DNA of 58,177 nucleotides from positions 1 to 58,177 of IMG/VR virus record IMGVR_UViG_3300033987_000092, one strand, 5' to 3'. The DNA comes from a virus (taxonomy: Duplodnaviria > Caudoviricetes). Shown in pieces: positions 47,430 through 56,062 of the stretch; the first letter of the stretch is position 1, and every line of letters begins with the position of its first letter. The translations under genes and the position numbers were made by a program. The notes under the pieces are model-generated. The model was not told the origin of the DNA, ran no database searches, and was given only the letters and a program-made list of their open reading frames with translations.

Positions 47430-48183
47430 CAACAATTATGAAGAACTGAAGACCTTCCTTCCAGTGTTTTATGATAATGTCCTGGAGATGCAGGCTATAT
47501 TGCAAGTGAGCGGAGATAAACTTGACCAGGCGGAGAACGGACTTAACCAGGTACTTCTGAATAACTTCATTATGGATGCCGATGAACCGACAATAGCACG
47601 GATTGAGCGGTTTTTATATCTGCAGGTTGACAAGACAAGGTCATTGGATGAGAGGAAACGTTTAGTAGCCTCTTTTTTTATTGGCTTTGGAAAGATGAGT
47701 GCAAGCAAAATAAAAGAAATGGTGTACGCATTTACTAATGCAACTTCTGATGTGTTTTTCAATGATAGTACTATTTCCATTGAAATTGAAAGAGGTACTT
47801 CACCGAGCTTATACCTGATTGACCTTGACACCATTCTTTCCAGGAGAATACCGGCACACCTTCCGTTTGTATTGGTTATCAAGTACACCATAGAAACTAC
47901 AGTAAGTGTAAAGAAAAAGACATATATGTTTGAATACACACTTACAAACATGCTGAAGTGCGGAACTCATCCTGATAGTGCTACGCTCGGTAAGGTGGAA
48001 AATGCAGAAGTTAATGTATTGGCAAATGTTAATGAGTATATGTTTGATTACAAACTATGCGGTACTACGCCGGACATTGCCACTCTTGGACAAATATCCG
48101 GCAGTGATATAAATACTGGACTTGAATTGGAACAGTACACATTTAATTATGTGCTGTGCGGCACAAGACGGTGTGGTGAATAA
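47422..48183 (+). CDS. XkdU/DUF2313-like baseplate protein with C-terminal repeat extension
   Basis: LPVFY..EMQAI..FIMDADE..LDERKR..IPAHL; three CGT repeats. Confidence 0.8.
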   Translation: MYNNNYEELKTFLPVFYDNVLEMQAILQVSGDKLDQAENGLNQVLLNNFIMDADEPTIARIERFLYLQVDKTRSLDERKRLVASFFIGFGKMSASKIKEMVYAFTNATSDVFFNDSTISIEIERGTSPSLYLIDLDTILSRRIPAHLPFVLVIKYTIETTVSVKKKTYMFEYTLTNMLKCGTHPDSATLGKVENAEVNVLANVNEYMFDYKLCGTTPDIATLGQISGSDINTGLELEQYTFNYVLCGTRRCGE

Positions 48184-48194
48184 AAAAAGGGGTG

Positions 48195-48509
48195 ATGTAT
48201 TTGGCAAACTTTTGGACTGCAAATTATCTACAAAAAAGGAGGAATGAATGGTTAAAGAGCTTAGTTAAGGCTCAGTACCGTATTGGTAGCACCTTTTATG
48301 ATGCTGTGATTACGGAAAAAAAGATTGAAGGTGATACCCTGATTGTTTACATGGTGATTGATCATACTGTCAGCGGTACAGCGACAATCAACTATGTAAG
48401 GCTTATTGATGAGGGCGGGGAGGTCGCCGGTGAAAGAGCGGAAAACATCACAAAGAGCGGTACGCAGGGTGTACTCATGAAATTCGAATTTCCTTTGAAG
48501 GAGGTGTAA
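48195..48509 (+). CDS. Hypothetical tail/baseplate protein
   Basis: Co-oriented beta-rich ORF between baseplate and fibre genes. Confidence 0.65.
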   Translation: MYLANFWTANYLQKRRNEWLKSLVKAQYRIGSTFYDAVITEKKIEGDTLIVYMVIDHTVSGTATINYVRLIDEGGEVAGERAENITKSGTQGVLMKFEFPLKEV

Positions 48510-48515
48510 CAGCGT

Positions 48516-48962
48516 ATGAAACCATATAACCGTACCACATGGAAGGACCATGTTGTGGATCCTGGAACCGGTGCAGTCATCCAGCAGGGTACCCCACAGT
48601 CGGCTACAAACTTCAACAATATGGAAGAAGGCATATTTGCCGGAGATGCTGGAATGTCGGTATTATCACAGCAGGTTCTGCAGCATAAACGTGTTCTGTC
48701 AGATCTGGAGGGGGAAACGGGGCAGGCGTCAATGACAAACAGCCAGTCGTACCCTTTTAATAATTCCAGCGTGACAGTTAACCTGCAGAAATCAAGGGAT
48801 ACATTGAACTACAGGGTATTGGTTGAAGTCGTTTCTTCTAATGGCCCAGTAGGAGAGGTTGTTGTATATGACAAGCAGCTCAACGGCTTCAAGATTAAGT
48901 TTACAGGCAGCGCAACTGCTGTGACTGTAAAATATTACGTTACAGGAGGTATGTATCAATGA
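48516..48962 (+). CDS. Tail-fibre-related protein
   Basis: 'WKDHVVD..QQGTPQSATNFNNMEEG' N-terminus typical of fibre attachment proteins. Confidence 0.65.
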   Translation: MKPYNRTTWKDHVVDPGTGAVIQQGTPQSATNFNNMEEGIFAGDAGMSVLSQQVLQHKRVLSDLEGETGQASMTNSQSYPFNNSSVTVNLQKSRDTLNYRVLVEVVSSNGPVGEVVVYDKQLNGFKIKFTGSATAVTVKYYVTGGMYQ

Positions 48963-49294
48963 TAGTCATTGAAAAGAATGTAGGACCAAAGATTGATTAC
49001 ACCGTTACAGGTACAAAAATCAACTTTGCTGGTGAAATCACATTGGATTTGAGCAAGTATGAGCGTGATTTTGCAGTGCATCTTGACATATGCCAGGATA
49101 AGTTTGGCTTTTTTACTATGGGGCTTTCAGACAGATATGTTGCTCAGATAGATATTCCGGAAAGGCAGTACAATATGGAGGAAAATGGAACTGATGAAGA
49201 GGGAAATCCAGTTATGCAGCCTGTTCCGATTCCTTTTAACATGGATAATGTAACGCTCACACTTTGGAGAATGGAGGGGTTGAATAATGCCTAA
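48959..49294 (+). CDS. Hypothetical tail protein upstream of DGR target
   Basis: ATGA overlap, GGAGG RBS. Confidence 0.65.
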   Translation: MIVIEKNVGPKIDYTVTGTKINFAGEITLDLSKYERDFAVHLDICQDKFGFFTMGLSDRYVAQIDIPERQYNMEENGTDEEGNPVMQPVPIPFNMDNVTLTLWRMEGLNNA

Positions 49295-50390
49295 TTTTGA
49301 TGATTTGAAACTTACTGTTGAGGCTCTTTCAGGCGGCAAAAATACTGTGCTGCTTGATGACCTTGGGATGCCTTCTATCATGGTGAAAATCCCTAAATTT
49401 AAAATATCTGATGTTATCACAGGCGGACCTGATACAACGCATCCTGCCTTTATTGTTAATGGAGTTGAAAAAGATGCAATATACATTAGCAAATATCAGA
49501 ATATAGTTATGAATGGCAGAGCCTACAGTCTCCCTCATAAAGACCCTGCAGTCTATACGAACTTTGATCAGGCTAAATCTTATTGTGAGGCAAAAGGCTT
49601 AGGGTGGCATCTTATGACCAATGCAGAATGGGCAGCTATCGCTTTGTGGTGTAAGAAGAATGGATTCATGCCTCGTGGGAATAACAACTATGGCGCAGAT
49701 ACATCTGCTGCTCATGAAAAGGGTGTAATGACATGGATGTATGATGCAACGAGGATAGGGCGTGTTGCAACTGGTTCCGGACCTGCGTCATGGGCGCACG
49801 ACAATACCAATGACGGGATATTTGATATGAACGGCAATGTGTGGGAATGGGTTGGAGGATTGAGATTGAAAAACGGAGAAATCCAAATCATTCCGAATAA
49901 TGATGCAGCTCAGGCTATTAACCAGAGCGACACAAGTACTTACTGGAAAGCAATGCTTCAGGATGGTAGTCTTGTCGATCTAGGTACGGCAAACACACTC
50001 AAAATAGATAATACTACAGCCGGAAGTTCTGCTCAGGATGGTAACGATGTTGGTGGAGATCCTATACTGAATACAACAAGAGATAATCCGATGTATACCG
50101 GCGGTGATGTTAATGATAATTACAGGTATAGCGCTTGTAGCTTTGAAACGTTTGCAGCAAAATCAGGGGTAACCGCTCCTACATTGTTAAAGGCTTTGGG
50201 GCTTTTCCCTATTGATGCAAGCCATGGTGGAGATGTTTTATATGTTAGAAACTATGGAGAGAGACTCCCGCTGCGCGGCGGCAATTTCGCTGATGGTGGT
50301 TCCGCCGGGGTTTTCGCCCTCTTTTTGATCAATGATCGTACTTCTAGCGACAACTCTGTCGGGTTCCGCTCCGCTTTTGTAAATCTGTAA
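49287..50390 (+). CDS. DGR target protein, C-type-lectin/FGE-sulfatase fold (Mtd-like putative receptor-binding protein)
   Basis: 'ISKYQ', 'WHLMTNAEW', 'DMNGNVWEW', C-terminal RGGNF...VGFRSA; 3' end is the VR. Confidence 0.93.
   Translation: MPNFDDLKLTVEALSGGKNTVLLDDLGMPSIMVKIPKFKISDVITGGPDTTHPAFIVNGVEKDAIYISKYQNIVMNGRAYSLPHKDPAVYTNFDQAKSYCEAKGLGWHLMTNAEWAAIALWCKKNGFMPRGNNNYGADTSAAHEKGVMTWMYDATRIGRVATGSGPASWAHDNTNDGIFDMNGNVWEWVGGLRLKNGEIQIIPNNDAAQAINQSDTSTYWKAMLQDGSLVDLGTANTLKIDNTTAGSSAQDGNDVGGDPILNTTRDNPMYTGGDVNDNYRYSACSFETFAAKSGVTAPTLLKALGLFPIDASHGGDVLYVRNYGERLPLRGGNFADGGSAGVFALFLINDRTSSDNSVGFRSAFVNL
50269..50375 (+). repeat. DGR variable repeat (VR)
   Basis: 107 bp, 95/107 identical to 50896-51002; all 12 differences are at TR adenines. 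Confidence 0.97.
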
Positions 50391-50409
50391 TCTGGTGCAC
50401 TGTAATCTG

Positions 50410-50435
50410 TTTCTCCCGCCGATAGGCGGGAGAAA
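50410..50435 (+). other. DGR target-recognition hairpin downstream of VR/IMH
   Basis: TTTCTCCCGCC-GATA-GGCGGGAGAAA perfect 11-bp stem, 4-nt loop, about 20 nt after the target stop. Confidence 0.8.
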
Positions 50436-50531
50436 AATTTTTAAATCTAAAATAACGCATTGGGTTATAATTTAACAATTATCCAAAAATGAAATATTTC
50501 CTGCTAAAATTTATGAGATGGGGGGAGATGC

Positions 50532-50870
50532 GTGGGTGAAGAATTAAAAATACTTCAAAAAGTATACGATATGATAAAGTATGGATATCAAGCTCTTGCA
50601 CAATTTCCCAAAAGTGAAAAGTTTGCATTAGCAGCAGATATAAAAAGATGCATGCATTTGATCCTTGAAAGGGTTATTGAAGCGAATAAAAAATACTATA
50701 AAAAAACAACTCTTCAGGAATTAGATGTAGAAATTATGAAACTCAAAGCATATCTGCGGTTATCTCAGGAGTTAGGTTTTTTGCCATTTAAAAAGTATGA
50801 GATATGGTCAGAAAAAGTAGTAGAGATAGGTAAGATGCTTGGAGGATGGATTAAGTCAACAAATAAATAA
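50532..50870 (+). CDS. avd: DGR accessory variability determinant
   Basis: 112-aa basic four-helix protein 'FPKSEKFAL..I..LQELDVE..LRLS..L..KKYE..EIGKMLGGW' between target and TR. Confidence 0.93.
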   Translation: MGEELKILQKVYDMIKYGYQALAQFPKSEKFALAADIKRCMHLILERVIEANKKYYKKTTLQELDVEIMKLKAYLRLSQELGFLPFKKYEIWSEKVVEIGKMLGGWIKSTNK

Positions 50871-50895
50871 TAAAATATTGGGAACAGGATGTCAG

Positions 50896-51002
50896 CGCTG
50901 CGCGGCGGCAATTTCACTAATGGTGGTTCCGCCGGGGTTTTCGCCCTCAATTTGAACAATGAACGAACTAATAGCAACAACAATGTCGGGTTCCGCTCCG
51001 CT
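50896..51002 (+). ncRNA. DGR template repeat (TR), part of the DGR RNA
   Basis: Adenine-bearing copy of VR (24 A, 9 AAY codons) between avd and RT. Confidence 0.95.
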
Positions 51003-51168
51003 CTACTCTCGCAGTCAGATGTAGTATACTCATGGGTATACTTCCAGTACGGAGAGATTAAAGGATCCTGTTTCCATGCCGAAAGGCAAAAAACTGAAAT
51101 GTTATGAATGCCGAAAGTAGCCATAGTGCAAAATCCGCAACGCATAACATTTTTTTACGGGAGGAAAT

Positions 51169-52281
51169 ATGAAATACATAAAGAATCTCTACGATGATAT
51201 ATGTACCTTTGAAAACCTATATTTAGCATATAAAAACGCAAGAAAAAATAAGAGGTTTAGGGATGAAGTACTGGAATTTTCATCAAATGTGGAAGAATAT
51301 TTAATGGATATACGCAAAGAACTTATCGAACAGACTTATAAAGTTGGTAAATACCGAGAATTCTTTGTATATGAGCCTAAAAAAAGGCTGATAATGGCTT
51401 TGCCTTTTAAAGACCGGGTTGTTCAATGGGCAATATATCAAAAACTTAATCCATACTTTACAAAAGGTTATATATCTGACAGTTTTGCTTGTATAGAAGG
51501 CAGAGGAGCTCATCAAGCTGTCCAAAGATTGCATTACTGGCTAAGGCAGATAGGTAGAAAACCAGGTAAATATTATTATCTAAAGCTTGATATTTCAAAA
51601 TATTATTACAGAATTGACCATGACGTTTTAGTAGAAATTCTCTCAAGAAAGATAAAAGACACCAAATTGATGAAGCTTCTTGAGGGAATTATCCGGTGTG
51701 AAGATCATAGCTTTGGCCTCCCTCTCGATGCAAGCCTTGAGGAAACAGATGTTAGGATAAACAATAAAGGAATGCCTATCGGTAACTTAACCTCACAGAT
51801 GTTTGCCAATATCTATTTAAATGAACTGGACCAGTATGTAAAAAGAAAACTCAGGATTCATTATTATGTTCGATACATGGATGATGTAATTATTCTGCAT
51901 GAGAGCAAACAGGAACTACACAAAATAAAGAAAGTGATTGAGACTTTCCTTGATGAGAAGCTGAAGCTTAATCTCAACAACAAAACTGCCATAAGACCGG
52001 TTACCCTGGGGATTGAATTCGTCGGATACAAGGTATGGAATACCCATATAAAGCTGCGAAAAAGCACAGCTCTTAAGATGAAACGAAGGTTAAAACATCT
52101 TAAGAAACAGTATGAACGGGGAGAAATTGAGATTGAGGATGTAAGAGCAACAATGGCAAGTTATAATGGACTGATGAAGCATTGCAATAGCTTCAGGCTC
52201 CGAAGTAAACTGTATGACACATTGGTTTTTACAAGAAAAAGTGAACCAGATAATGATGATGAGAATGGTGGATGTGAATAA
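51169..52281 (+). CDS. DGR reverse transcriptase
   Basis: EPKKRLI, FKDRVVQ, KLDISKYY..IDH, GMPIGNLTSQ, YVRYMDD, FVGY; no maturase or endonuclease domain. Confidence 0.96.
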   Translation: MKYIKNLYDDICTFENLYLAYKNARKNKRFRDEVLEFSSNVEEYLMDIRKELIEQTYKVGKYREFFVYEPKKRLIMALPFKDRVVQWAIYQKLNPYFTKGYISDSFACIEGRGAHQAVQRLHYWLRQIGRKPGKYYYLKLDISKYYYRIDHDVLVEILSRKIKDTKLMKLLEGIIRCEDHSFGLPLDASLEETDVRINNKGMPIGNLTSQMFANIYLNELDQYVKRKLRIHYYVRYMDDVIILHESKQELHKIKKVIETFLDEKLKLNLNNKTAIRPVTLGIEFVGYKVWNTHIKLRKSTALKMKRRLKHLKKQYERGEIEIEDVRATMASYNGLMKHCNSFRLRSKLYDTLVFTRKSEPDNDDENGGCE

Positions 52282-52297
52282 CGACATCCACTTTTTT
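52268..52297 (+). terminator. Intrinsic terminator after RT
   Basis: GTGGATGT/ACATCCAC stem plus T6. Confidence 0.65.
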
Positions 52298-52321
52298 ATG
52301 TAAAAGAAAGAGGGTGGTATA

Positions 52322-52627
52322 TTGGACAACAGCACAATTTTTGCCTTGATCGGGGCAGCAGGCACTGTATGCGCTATTATATTCGGGTATCTTGGCTATC
52401 AGAAAGGGTTAAGACAAGACAGTTACAAAGAGGGGAGTGATGATAGTGAACTAAAGGCTGATACCCAGTATATCAAACGCAGAATTGATGATGTCCTTCT
52501 GGAGCAAAAGGAAACAAACAAGTCAATCAATGCTCTATCTGAAAGAGTAACCAGGCTGGAAGAATCGCTTAAGTCAGCTTGGAAAAGGATTGAGTCCATA
52601 GAAAAAGGTGTAAAGAAGGAGGAATGA
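52322..52627 (+). CDS. Holin-associated membrane/coiled-coil lysis protein
   Basis: N-terminal TM then coiled coil 'ERVTRLEESLKSAWKRIE'; precedes endolysin. Confidence 0.7.
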   Translation: MDNSTIFALIGAAGTVCAIIFGYLGYQKGLRQDSYKEGSDDSELKADTQYIKRRIDDVLLEQKETNKSINALSERVTRLEESLKSAWKRIESIEKGVKKEE

Positions 52628-52633
52628 TAAAAC

Positions 52634-54076
52634 ATGAAAAAGGTAACTATTGACCCGGGTCATGCACCTGGTAATGCCAATAGAGGTCCTACCGGTTATT
52701 ATGAATACGCCGGCATGTGGAAACTTTCAAATTACCTCAAAAATGCACTTACTCGGTGCGGCATTGAAGCTGTACTCACAAGGACAGAGAATGAAGACCC
52801 CGAACTTGATGTGAGAGGGAAAAGAGCAAAAGGAAGCGATGTCTTTATCAGTGAGCACTCTAACGCAGCTAACGGAAATGCCCGTGGCGTAGAGTGCTTT
52901 TATTCTGTCCGTATACCTGGAGATAAGGCATGGGCTGGAAAGATATCTGCAGCTGGCTCAAAACTTATGGGTAATAATGACCGGGGAGCAAAGACAAGGG
53001 AGTCAGAGACAACTGAAGGGTATGACTATTACGGTGTTATCCGTTCTGCTGTAGCTACAGGTGTTCCTCATGTCTTTTTGGTTGAGAATGGATTTCACGA
53101 CAATGCATCGGATGAAGCATTTTTGAAGGCAGATGCCAACCTTGAAAGTTTAGCAGAGTCTCAAGCAGAGGTCCTGTGTGAGCTGCTTGGTGTAAAGTAT
53201 ATTGCAAAGGGTGAAGCAGTCTCACAGCCAAGCATAGCCTTGTACAGGGTAAGAAAATCATGGAGTGATGCAAAATCACAGGTAGGAGCATACAGAGTTC
53301 TTGATAATGCCAAGGCAGAGTGTGACAAGCATCCTGGATACTCTGTATATGATGAAGAAGGAAACGCCGTTTATGGTGCGGCAATCCCTAAGCCAGAACC
53401 CCCAAAGCAGGAAGAACCTGCAGGTACTCCAATTATATATACTGCCAGGGCGACAGTTGACCAAGCAAAAGCATGGGCCAAAAATAAAGGCACCACTGAA
53501 TTATTCTTAAGTCTTGCCGATATTTTCTGGAAGCTGGCACCTATTATCGGCGTGGATCCTGTCGTAGCATATTGCCAGTCAGCAAAGGAAACCGGGTATG
53601 GCAATTTCAGAGGTGTACTGGATGAAAGCTTCAGGAATCCGTGTGGTATGAAGAAAAAAGAGGGCGGCGGTGACTATGACAAGGAAGCTCACCAAAGGTT
53701 TGCATCATGGGAGGAAGGTATTCAAGCTCAGCTGGATCACCTGGCACTATATGCCGGTGCTTTCGGGTATCCGAAAGCGAATACACCTGACCCAAGGCAT
53801 TTTAGTTTCATCAAAGGTACTGCACCGACTGTTGAATTGCTTGGCGGCAAGTGGGCTCCATCGGCCACCTATGGCAATGACATTGTAAAGATGATGAATG
53901 AGCTTATCGCTACTCCGGAACCGGCTGCTCCAGAAACTGAGCACTGGGCAGAGAAGTATTATCGCTTTTTAACAGAAGAAAAAGGCATGGTTATCCATGA
54001 GAAGAGGTTTGATGATACGGTAACCAGGGGCGAAATATTCTGCCTCATGGCCCGCTTGTTGGGTTATAAAGAATAA
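52634..54076 (+). CDS. Modular endolysin: Amidase_3 + binding module + GH73 glucosaminidase-like + SLH-like tail
   Basis: IDPGH..E..SEHSNA..VENGFHDN; 'QSAKETGYG..NPCGMK..F.SWEEG..KWA..YG'; 'HWA..TRGE'. Confidence 0.9.
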   Translation: MKKVTIDPGHAPGNANRGPTGYYEYAGMWKLSNYLKNALTRCGIEAVLTRTENEDPELDVRGKRAKGSDVFISEHSNAANGNARGVECFYSVRIPGDKAWAGKISAAGSKLMGNNDRGAKTRESETTEGYDYYGVIRSAVATGVPHVFLVENGFHDNASDEAFLKADANLESLAESQAEVLCELLGVKYIAKGEAVSQPSIALYRVRKSWSDAKSQVGAYRVLDNAKAECDKHPGYSVYDEEGNAVYGAAIPKPEPPKQEEPAGTPIIYTARATVDQAKAWAKNKGTTELFLSLADIFWKLAPIIGVDPVVAYCQSAKETGYGNFRGVLDESFRNPCGMKKKEGGGDYDKEAHQRFASWEEGIQAQLDHLALYAGAFGYPKANTPDPRHFSFIKGTAPTVELLGGKWAPSATYGNDIVKMMNELIATPEPAAPETEHWAEKYYRFLTEEKGMVIHEKRFDDTVTRGEIFCLMARLLGYKE

Positions 54077-54102
54077 AAATTAAATGAAAGGATGATGAAA
54101 CA

Positions 54103-54522
54103 ATGAATAACATTTCTTTGGTTTCTCTCATTATTGGACTTGCCGTTGGAGTGATAGCTGCCAGCGGTATTTTATTGCCTGCATTGAAGAAAAAAGGTAT
54201 AGATGCAGGAACCGTATTGGAACAGGCTTCAAACACCATTGGTGTGATTAACAACACCTTTGATTCCTTAAAAGCCATCTTGCCTGATAATCCGGCAGTC
54301 AATATGATTGATAAGATTCTGGACTGGGCCTCTATAGGAGTTGACCAGGCCGAACAGCTCTATTTAGTTGGTAAGATAAAAGGTGATGAAAGAAAGGCTG
54401 CTGCAATAGACTTTATCCATGAGTCACTTAATTTAGCCGGCATAGAAATCACACCATCTATCGAAAAGATAATTGATGGAGCTGTAGAAGCTTCAGTGCT
54501 TGCTTTAGGACATAAACAATAA
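54103..54522 (+). CDS. Holin (LL-H-like)
   Basis: N-terminal TM; 'GVDQAEQL..GDERKAAA..IDGAVEASV'. Confidence 0.75.
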   Translation: MNNISLVSLIIGLAVGVIAASGILLPALKKKGIDAGTVLEQASNTIGVINNTFDSLKAILPDNPAVNMIDKILDWASIGVDQAEQLYLVGKIKGDERKAAAIDFIHESLNLAGIEITPSIEKIIDGAVEASVLALGHKQ

Positions 54523-54533
54523 AGATATATTCA

Positions 54534-54589
54534 AAAAAATCCCCCATTCTGAGTATGTTATGTCTCAGGGTGGGGGATTTTTTATTTTT
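54534..54589. terminator. Bidirectional terminator ending the late operon
   Basis: AAAAAATCCCCCATTCTGAG...CTCAGGGTGGGGGATTTTTT. Confidence 0.8.
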
Positions 54590-54682
54590 CTGCTCCTTGA
54601 ATAACGGAATACGTGATAATCTAACAAATCGCAGTTTTATGTAACGCTTAGTGTTAAAATATCACGAAAGGAGCAGAGGCGT

Positions 54683-54946
54683 ATGGCGATTAGAATTTTA
54701 CTGTCCAAGAAACTTGGCGAGCTTCGATGGACACAAGCCGATCTTGCACGAAAGACGGGAATACGCCCTACCACAATCAATGAGATGTACCACGAAATCA
54801 TTGAGCGTGTTAACCTTGAACACTTAGACTTGATTTGTGAAGCACTTGATTGTGATCTTTCTGAAATATTGGTGCGTATCCCCAACGAAGTACCCAAACT
54901 GGGTAATCGCTCTCGTGCGGGGGAAACAAAAACTGAAGATGAATGA
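54683..54946 (+). CDS. Cro/C1-type HTH regulator (HTH_26-like)
   Basis: WTQADLARKTGIRPTTINEMY..LDLICEALDC. Confidence 0.88.
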   Translation: MAIRILLSKKLGELRWTQADLARKTGIRPTTINEMYHEIIERVNLEHLDLICEALDCDLSEILVRIPNEVPKLGNRSRAGETKTEDE

Positions 54947-54962
54947 AAAGGTGTTGCAGCGC

Positions 54963-55178
54963 CTATTCATCTACCACTGGCGCCTCTCGTGGGGCGCCTT
55001 TCCCTTGCCATAAAAAAGTACCTTCATTGTCAGCCACTCCAAAGTTTATTCCGGGATATTTCTCTGTGAGGCTCTTACCGGTCTGAATAAGGCTCTGGCT
55101 TTCATAGCTTTTTGTTACCTGGAGCCACTTGCCATTTTTGCCTTGCTTCAGTAGGTAGAACTCCTGCAGCTCCGACAT
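54963..55178 (-). CDS. Hypothetical protein
   Basis: GGGAGGTG RBS before ATG 55178. Confidence 0.6.
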   Translation of the reverse strand: MSELQEFYLLKQGKNGKWLQVTKSYESQSLIQTGKSLTEKYPGINFGVADNEGTFLWQGKGAPREAPVVDE

Positions 55179-55311
55179 CCATATCACCTCCCTTCAAGTG
55201 AAGTGGGAGGACCTTTTTATGACTGTTTAAAATGATACCGTTAAACTCAAAATAATTCAATTGTCAACGAACAATCTATGTTAAAGGGGCGCCATCTTTT
55301 CCCCTGTAGCG

Positions 55312-55376
55312 ACGGGTGTCCCGCTATCCCCTTTCGGGGATTTCGGCCGGTACCCATCCGGCCATCATCAGGCGGG
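55312..55376 (-). ncRNA. Type I hammerhead ribozyme with loop II-3' tail pseudoknot
   Basis: Minus strand: CCCGC CUGAUGA U GGCCGG AUGGGUA CCGGCC GAAA UCCCC GAAA GGGGA UA GCGGG AC ACCCGU; full core and three perfect stems. Confidence 0.9.
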
Positions 55377-55389
55377 TTGGTATTTAAAA

Positions 55390-55734
55390 TTATTCTATAT
55401 ACTCAACTTTTGTTGCCAATGTTTTAGAATCTTCATATAGACCGAGTTGAAATACTTTTCCGATATAATATTCGCTTGCTTCAGTCATAGTACCATTAAA
55501 TTTTGTGACTAAATAATCTCCATTTTCAAAATGAACCTTAATAATGATTGGCTTCGGGGATTTCAAATATTCCTCTAGTTTTTTTATACAGTCACGAAAG
55601 CTGTATGCAGACCAGTACCACCCTGTCTTGACATCTATGACATGTTCTATTTCTCCGCTCATTGTTTGCCAGCGTTTAATTTCTCTTTTTTCTCCGTTGC
55701 TTAAAGTAATAATTTCTCTGTATTCCTTTGCCAT
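55390..55734 (-). CDS. Hypothetical protein
   Basis: AAGGGTGG RBS before ATG 55734; stop 13 nt upstream of the ribozyme. Confidence 0.65.
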   Translation of the reverse strand: MAKEYREIITLSNGEKREIKRWQTMSGEIEHVIDVKTGWYWSAYSFRDCIKKLEEYLKSPKPIIIKVHFENGDYLVTKFNGTMTEASEYYIGKVFQLGLYEDSKTLATKVEYIE

Positions 55735-55780
55735 AATAACCACCCTTTCTGCCGGGGTTTTCCTCCCTGCTCGGTACTTG

Positions 55781-56062
55781 TTAAATTCTTGGAGTAAGTA
55801 ATTTTTTTATCTCAATTCCATCGATAAACCCCTGTTTATAGACCTCTCTTTCAATAATAATATGCATTTTATCATTTGCTATCACGTACTCATCAAAGAG
55901 TTTTAAAAACTGTTCTTTAATAGTATTTGGAATCATACATTTAATGGCATCGTAAGCCTGATCTACTTTGTTAAATTGTTCTCTGTACCCCTGGTCTTTT
56001 AAATATGACCGAGATTCAGATACCTCCTTTATTCTTTGGTCTATAATGGTAGATTTTAACAT
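55781..56062 (-). CDS. Hypothetical protein
   Basis: AGGAGGTG RBS; C-terminal 'YKQGFIDG' motif. Confidence 0.7.
   Translation of the reverse strand: MLKSTIIDQRIKEVSESRSYLKDQGYREQFNKVDQAYDAIKCMIPNTIKEQFLKLFDEYVIANDKMHIIIEREVYKQGFIDGIEIKKLLTPRI

Noticed and set aside
50889-51107. 72-aa ORF resembling the C-terminus of the DGR target
   Set aside because: It is the template repeat read in frame. The open frame is expected from TR design and it has no convincing RBS.
51169-52281. RT as group II intron or retron
   Set aside because: Short RT without maturase domain, DGR-type PIGNLTSQ motif, and adjacent avd and TR/VR pair.
55281-55295. Minus-strand RBS plus ATG just downstream of the hammerhead
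   Set aside because: Encodes only MAPL-stop. There is no support for a functional peptide, although a regulatory mini-ORF cannot be excluded.
55751-55762. GCCGGGGTTTTC match to VR/TR, possible second DGR target
   Set aside because: Only 12 bp, intergenic, with no flanking homology, IMH or CLec ORF. Treated as chance.
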